Shown in pieces: positions 59,540 through 64,000 of a stretch of 64,000 bases of DNA. Source of the stretch: Mantamonas sphyraenae STR306. Its lineage: Eukaryota; Protista; CRuMs. Position 1 is the stretch's first letter; the number at the start of each line of letters is the position of its first letter. The stretch lies in the NCBI GenBank assembly GCA_026936335.1, contig JAPMXV010000003.1, positions 62,001-126,000 of the forward strand, read 5' to 3'. Made by a program: the position numbers and the translations under genes. The notes beneath the pieces were generated by a model. That model did not search any database and had not been told where the DNA came from. It saw only the letters and a list, made by a program, of their open reading frames with translations.

Positions 59540-61580
59540 TTAAAACAGAATGCGTTCCTGCTCCTTCAGCACTCGCCACAACGAGTGGAACGCACCCGTC
59601 ACGCTCCTGTCTTCGCGCCAGTACAGCATGTTGGCTGTGGTGAACCCTTGCGCTTTCTGGTGCTCGACCAGCGCCTCCTGGCTGACTTCGTTCAACAGAC
59701 GCATCAAGTGAAGACGGTGAATCTGCGACAGTCGTGTCTCCGAGCTGGGCCTGTTCTCTCCTGTTTCTGGGTTCTCGGGCTCGCACAAAATGACCAGTAG
59801 GATGCCCGGGTAGCAGCCGAAACGCACCATGCGAGAGGCGTTCTTTTTGAAATTGGTGATGGCTCGTTTCTTCATCAGCACAGCCTTGGCCTCCTGGTAG
59901 TTGGTGTCCAGCTCGCGGATGGTCTTCATGGGCAGTGCATCCAAGTCCAGACCATATACGACGCACTGCGGGTGTTTGCGCCACTGCTCGCTCTGCATGT
60001 AGTCTGCGCTTGAGAAGAAGCGGATGTCCAGCGAGCGCAGGTCCATGTCCACCAGTTGCACCGAGTTGAGGTCAAAACCACGCACAGCATCACCCGAGAT
60101 TTCGTATCGGTTCAGCTGTGCCTCCAGGTGCACCGTCATGGCCGTGGTCTTCTTTGTGCGAAGGGGCTTCTCCGCGCGATGTGAACGTGAATCGGTGCGC
60201 TCCTGCAACCCCACGCCCATGTCACTCTCATTGGATGCCTCTTGACGCAGGGCCTTGATGCGCTCGGGAGACATGGATTTGCTGACGCAGGCGCCGCCGA
60301 AGCGCCTGTGCAGCGAGCACAGAACCATGTCCAGCATGTTGGGCGTGTACTCGTGCGACTGAAGACGCCACAGCAGCGACTGCAGGTCCTCAAACGTCAC
60401 ATTGTGCTTGCCACAGGAAAAGTGGCGCAGTTTGCTCTTTACGACAATCCAGGGCAACTCTGCGTTGTCCTTGGCAAAGCTCTGCATGTACACGTTCCAG
60501 CCGCGCTCAAACACACCCACAGCACGCGTGAACAGTTTGGCTTGCGCCATGGCGCTATCCAGCGAGTTGGTGGACGAGTGGGACGCACGTAGGTGCAGCT
60601 CGGCCAACGCCGCTTGCAGTTCCTGGCAATCCACAAGCACGTCCAGCACCGCGTTGGCTGGCTCTTCGTCCTCGTTGGTGCACAGCTCCGAGTACATGAC
60701 GGCCATGGCGCACACCAACTCCTCCATGGCTGCAGCCTGCACCTCTGTCACTGCCTCCATGGACATCAAGTAGTCCGAGGCATTCCAGCTGCCCCATCCT
60801 ACGTCGCCGTTCTCCCGCGCATTCTGCAGCTGCGCCGCACGGAGAAGCTTCAACGTCGGAGTGCCAATCAAATACATGTGCAGACCGGCTTCAACCGAGC
60901 CGTCGTCGTCCAGCGCGTCGCCGCCACTGATTCGTCGTTCGGCGGGTGTCCTGCTGGACATCGTCGACAAGCGCTTGACACCATCCGCCAAGCGCATGAT
61001 GTCCAAGTCATCTTCTTGGCCCAAAAACTTGCGCTCCTGGGCCATCCACGTCTTGCGCAAGCTACGTGCCACGCTCAGGCGCATAAAGTGTGAGTTCCAG
61101 CCGTCGTTGTCTGCGGGTGTCTTGTCGGGCATCCAGGTGTCGTCGATCTTGGCCTGGAATCCGCCGTACGACAGCGTTTCCAGCCATGCATCCATGCCGC
61201 GCAGCGCCAACAGAGTGTCCAAGGTCAGCAACGGTGCGCGCAGGTGGAAGGTCATGTGCACCCAGCTGCGCATGGCCTCATGCAAGTCAACGACCCACTG
61301 AGGACGCGGGTTCTTGGCTGTGCCTGCCATGCCATTCTTCTTCTTCTTCTTCTTGCCCGTGCCTGTGGTTTGGCCGCCGCCTTGCGTTTCCTCGTCCATT
61401 GCCACCAGCAAATGGCTCATCAATGCCAGGTGCATGTGCACTGAATTCAGGTTGGTGGTTCCCGGGTGAGCAAACAGCGACAGAACGGTGCGCACATCCA
61501 CCACAAGCGTTGTGGTGGGGTCTTCCTCGTCAGTGACCTGCACGTCTTCCAGGCCCACAGCGGCTGCGGTGCTCGTCGTT

Positions 61581-61612
<32 letters not shown>

Positions 61613-63889
61613 CACACCAACGCCAGCGCCTTGTGCATCGTCGCCTTCCTCGACCTCCTCACTGGCATCCTCACTGGCATCCTCACTGGCATCCTCAGAA
61701 ATGTTTGCGCGAGCGGCCACTGGCCTGCCGGCCTCCTTCCACAGTGCCTCATCGATGAAGCGGTTGAACACGGTGCGGAACAGAATAAGATGAGGACGCA
61801 CGTGCTCGATGTCCTTTGGCACGGCGGCGACATTGGCACGTTTGCGTGCGCTGTGGCTGCGCAGCACCTCGTCCTCATTGTCCTGGAACAGTCGCCTGGA
61901 CAGGCGGTTGGTGAAACGAGAGGACGTGAGCATCGTATCACGTTGGCCAACGCGTTCCTTGACGTCGTCGTCCAGTTCCACCAGGAAAGACGGATACTCG
62001 GCCGGCAGCTTCAGCTCCACGCCTTCCCAGTCGTCTTTGCCCGGGGTGATGGTGAAGCGCACCTTGAGAGGCAAGAGGCGAGCCAGTTTGACAGCGCCCA
62101 CAATGACACACAGGGCAGCTTGCGCGTTGTGCGACAACGAGCTGCTGTCCAGCTTCTGCAGCAGTTCGTGGCGCAGCACGTCGGAAGCCTTGTCCACAGC
62201 CACCTGCAGCTTGTCCTGCGTCATGGAGGCAATAAAAGCACGATGAGGGGGCCTACGCATGTTGTGGAAGGCGTTGATGAGCATGACAAAGCCCATCTCC
62301 TGTTCGCGCACCTCTTTGGTCGTGACGTCCAGGGACATCTTGAGGGCGCGGTCAAATGCAGCGGGAAAGTCATAGCTCAGCGGTCCGCCAATGGTCCAAT
62401 CATAGGAAATGTAGCTGAGCACGGGCAGGTTCTGTGAAAACTCCTGGGCAATCTCAAAGTTAAAGTGGCGGAGGAACTCTTCGTTGCTCAGAGCCGGGCC
62501 GATGATTTCCGAGTTGATGCGAGACGACGGGTGCGTTTGCATGTAGTCCACAAAGGCTTGGATGAGCCAGGCGGGCTTGTTTGCGTCGCGGCGGACGGAG
62601 TCTACGCCAAACACGGTTTCGCTCCACTGGCGGGCATGGCGCTGCACGAGCACGTCGTCACAGAGGGTCGCCGACATGAGGGCCTGGATAAGGCCCGGGT
62701 GCTTGGTAAGGATGTGTCCGACGGCAGTTTGCTCTAGCAGGACGGCTTTGGTGATGGCGTCGACAGCAATGGCCTGGAAGCGAGGGAGGTCCAGGATCTT
62801 TGTGATCTCCATGCTGGGCACAGTCTTTGTGGAGCCGCCAAAGTGGATGATGGGGCTGAGGAGAAGGGTGCCAATCATCCATGCAGAGATGGAGCCGAGG
62901 AAGAAGTTGTCGTACACATCGATGCCTGTGTTGGTGAACAGGCCGGCGACAAAGATGAGGGTGCCTGCGCCGCAGAAGATGGGCACGCAGTTGATGAACT
63001 GCAAGATGGTGTTGAAGTGTGCGCTGTGACCACAGGCAGGCTGGATCATGAGCGAAAACACGAGCAGGGCAGCAGCCATGATCATGACGACGACGGTGCC
63101 GGAGACCACACTCGTGGCGACGAGGATGGTCAAGCTGGACACAAACATGCCCTTGTAGAGACACTTGAGGGGCGGGAACGCGGCGACAAAGCGAATGACG
63201 CGAATATGGCGTGCGTTGTAGGCAAAGGAGATGGCTTCGTAGGAAAGAAGCAGGTAGGCGAAACAAGCGAAAACGATGAGGGGCAGATGCTCGGCGGAGA
63301 AGCACTGGATGGAGGGCTCCCAGTAGAGGTGGCCGGTGGCCTCGTTGCAGGCAAGGGGCAGGGCAAAGGCGGTGTACATGGGGATGAGGAGCAGGTCAAA
63401 GAAGGCGACGGAGAGCGTGTAGAGGAGGGTCTTCTCAGCGTTTTTGGCCTGGAGGGTTTCGTACCAAGGGTTGTTGAAGCCACAGAGCGGGAGTTGGCGC
63501 CTGCGGATGAGCTGGCGCAGCACAGCAATGCCGACGACGGGAACAAATGCGAGAGCAAACACGGGCACAACGGCAAACGGGGCAAAGTTGAGGGCGAGGA
63601 CACGAAAGATGGTGAGCGGGATGCTGCCGGGCCGGGCCACGACGATCCACTCAAACATGAGGGCGAGCACCTGCCAGAACTCAAAGAAGAACTTGAGCTG
63701 GGAGAGGCGGGTACGAAAGCGCGGGTCGGTGGCCATGCCGAGCTCCATGTTGACGGGGATGAGGGAGTTGCGCAAGGCTTCCACGTCTTCCTTGTGACGA
63801 CTGAGGACGTTTGGGGCCTTGCGGACGTAGTAGATGGTGGTACCGATGGCTACGGCATTGATACCGAGGAAGAATCCAACGTCCGCCAT
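59540..63889 (-). CDS. Intronless 1449-aa hypothetical polytopic membrane protein (about 9-10 N-terminal TM helices, long soluble C-terminal part)
   Basis: Long open frame with multiple hydrophobic segments in the first 350 aa, including FWQVLAL and an LAC...LYWEPSIQCF loop; no catalytic motif recognised. Confidence 0.75.
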
Positions 63890-64000
63890 GGTGGATTGGT
63901 ATGAGGAATGTTGTGCGTGCGGCAGCGGACGAAACGAGTTTGGGTTTTTGTGTGTGTGTGTGAGTGTGTGCGGGATGGAGGACGACGAGAAGAAGGAAGA

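Noticed and set aside
1-64000. tRNA, rRNA, transposon or telomeric repeats
   Set aside because: None recognised by eye; a tRNAscan/Infernal run would be needed to exclude small RNAs.

Overview
Very gene-dense, GC-rich eukaryotic genomic DNA with short GT-AG spliceosomal introns (donors mostly GTACGT/GTGAGT, CTGAC/CTCAC branch points, (C)AG acceptors). Gene content (C2CD3, alpha-tubulin acetyltransferase, complex I and COX assembly genes) points to a flagellated, aerobic protist; finer taxonomy is not determined here. About 22 protein-coding genes fill the window, usually with spacers under 150 nt. Most are housekeeping genes: UCKL1-like, P5A ATPase, PUF6, ATAT1, C2CD3, LETM1-like, KTI12, PLB1-like lipase, COA3, NDUFV2, UBE2O, MRPL21, MED18 and SCCPDH. 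Six things stand out. (1) A selenoprotein glutathione peroxidase (in-frame UGA at 24644) has a type II SECIS about 1.17 kb downstream, in the only long non-coding gap. (2) There is a complete CSL/Su(H) transcription factor. (3) Two tandem paralogous giant LRR-PH-LRR-ankyrin proteins lie next to it. (4) A roughly 2,260-aa single-pass receptor has two CUB-like domains, about 60 ADAMTS-like Cys repeats and an integrin-beta/Sib-like double NPxF/Y tail. (5) A bacterial-type NAD+-dependent DNA ligase carries a spliceosomal intron. (6) Same-strand genes are spaced as little as 12 nt apart, as in an operon. All assignments come from motif recognition by eye; exon boundaries are manual predictions and no searches were run.
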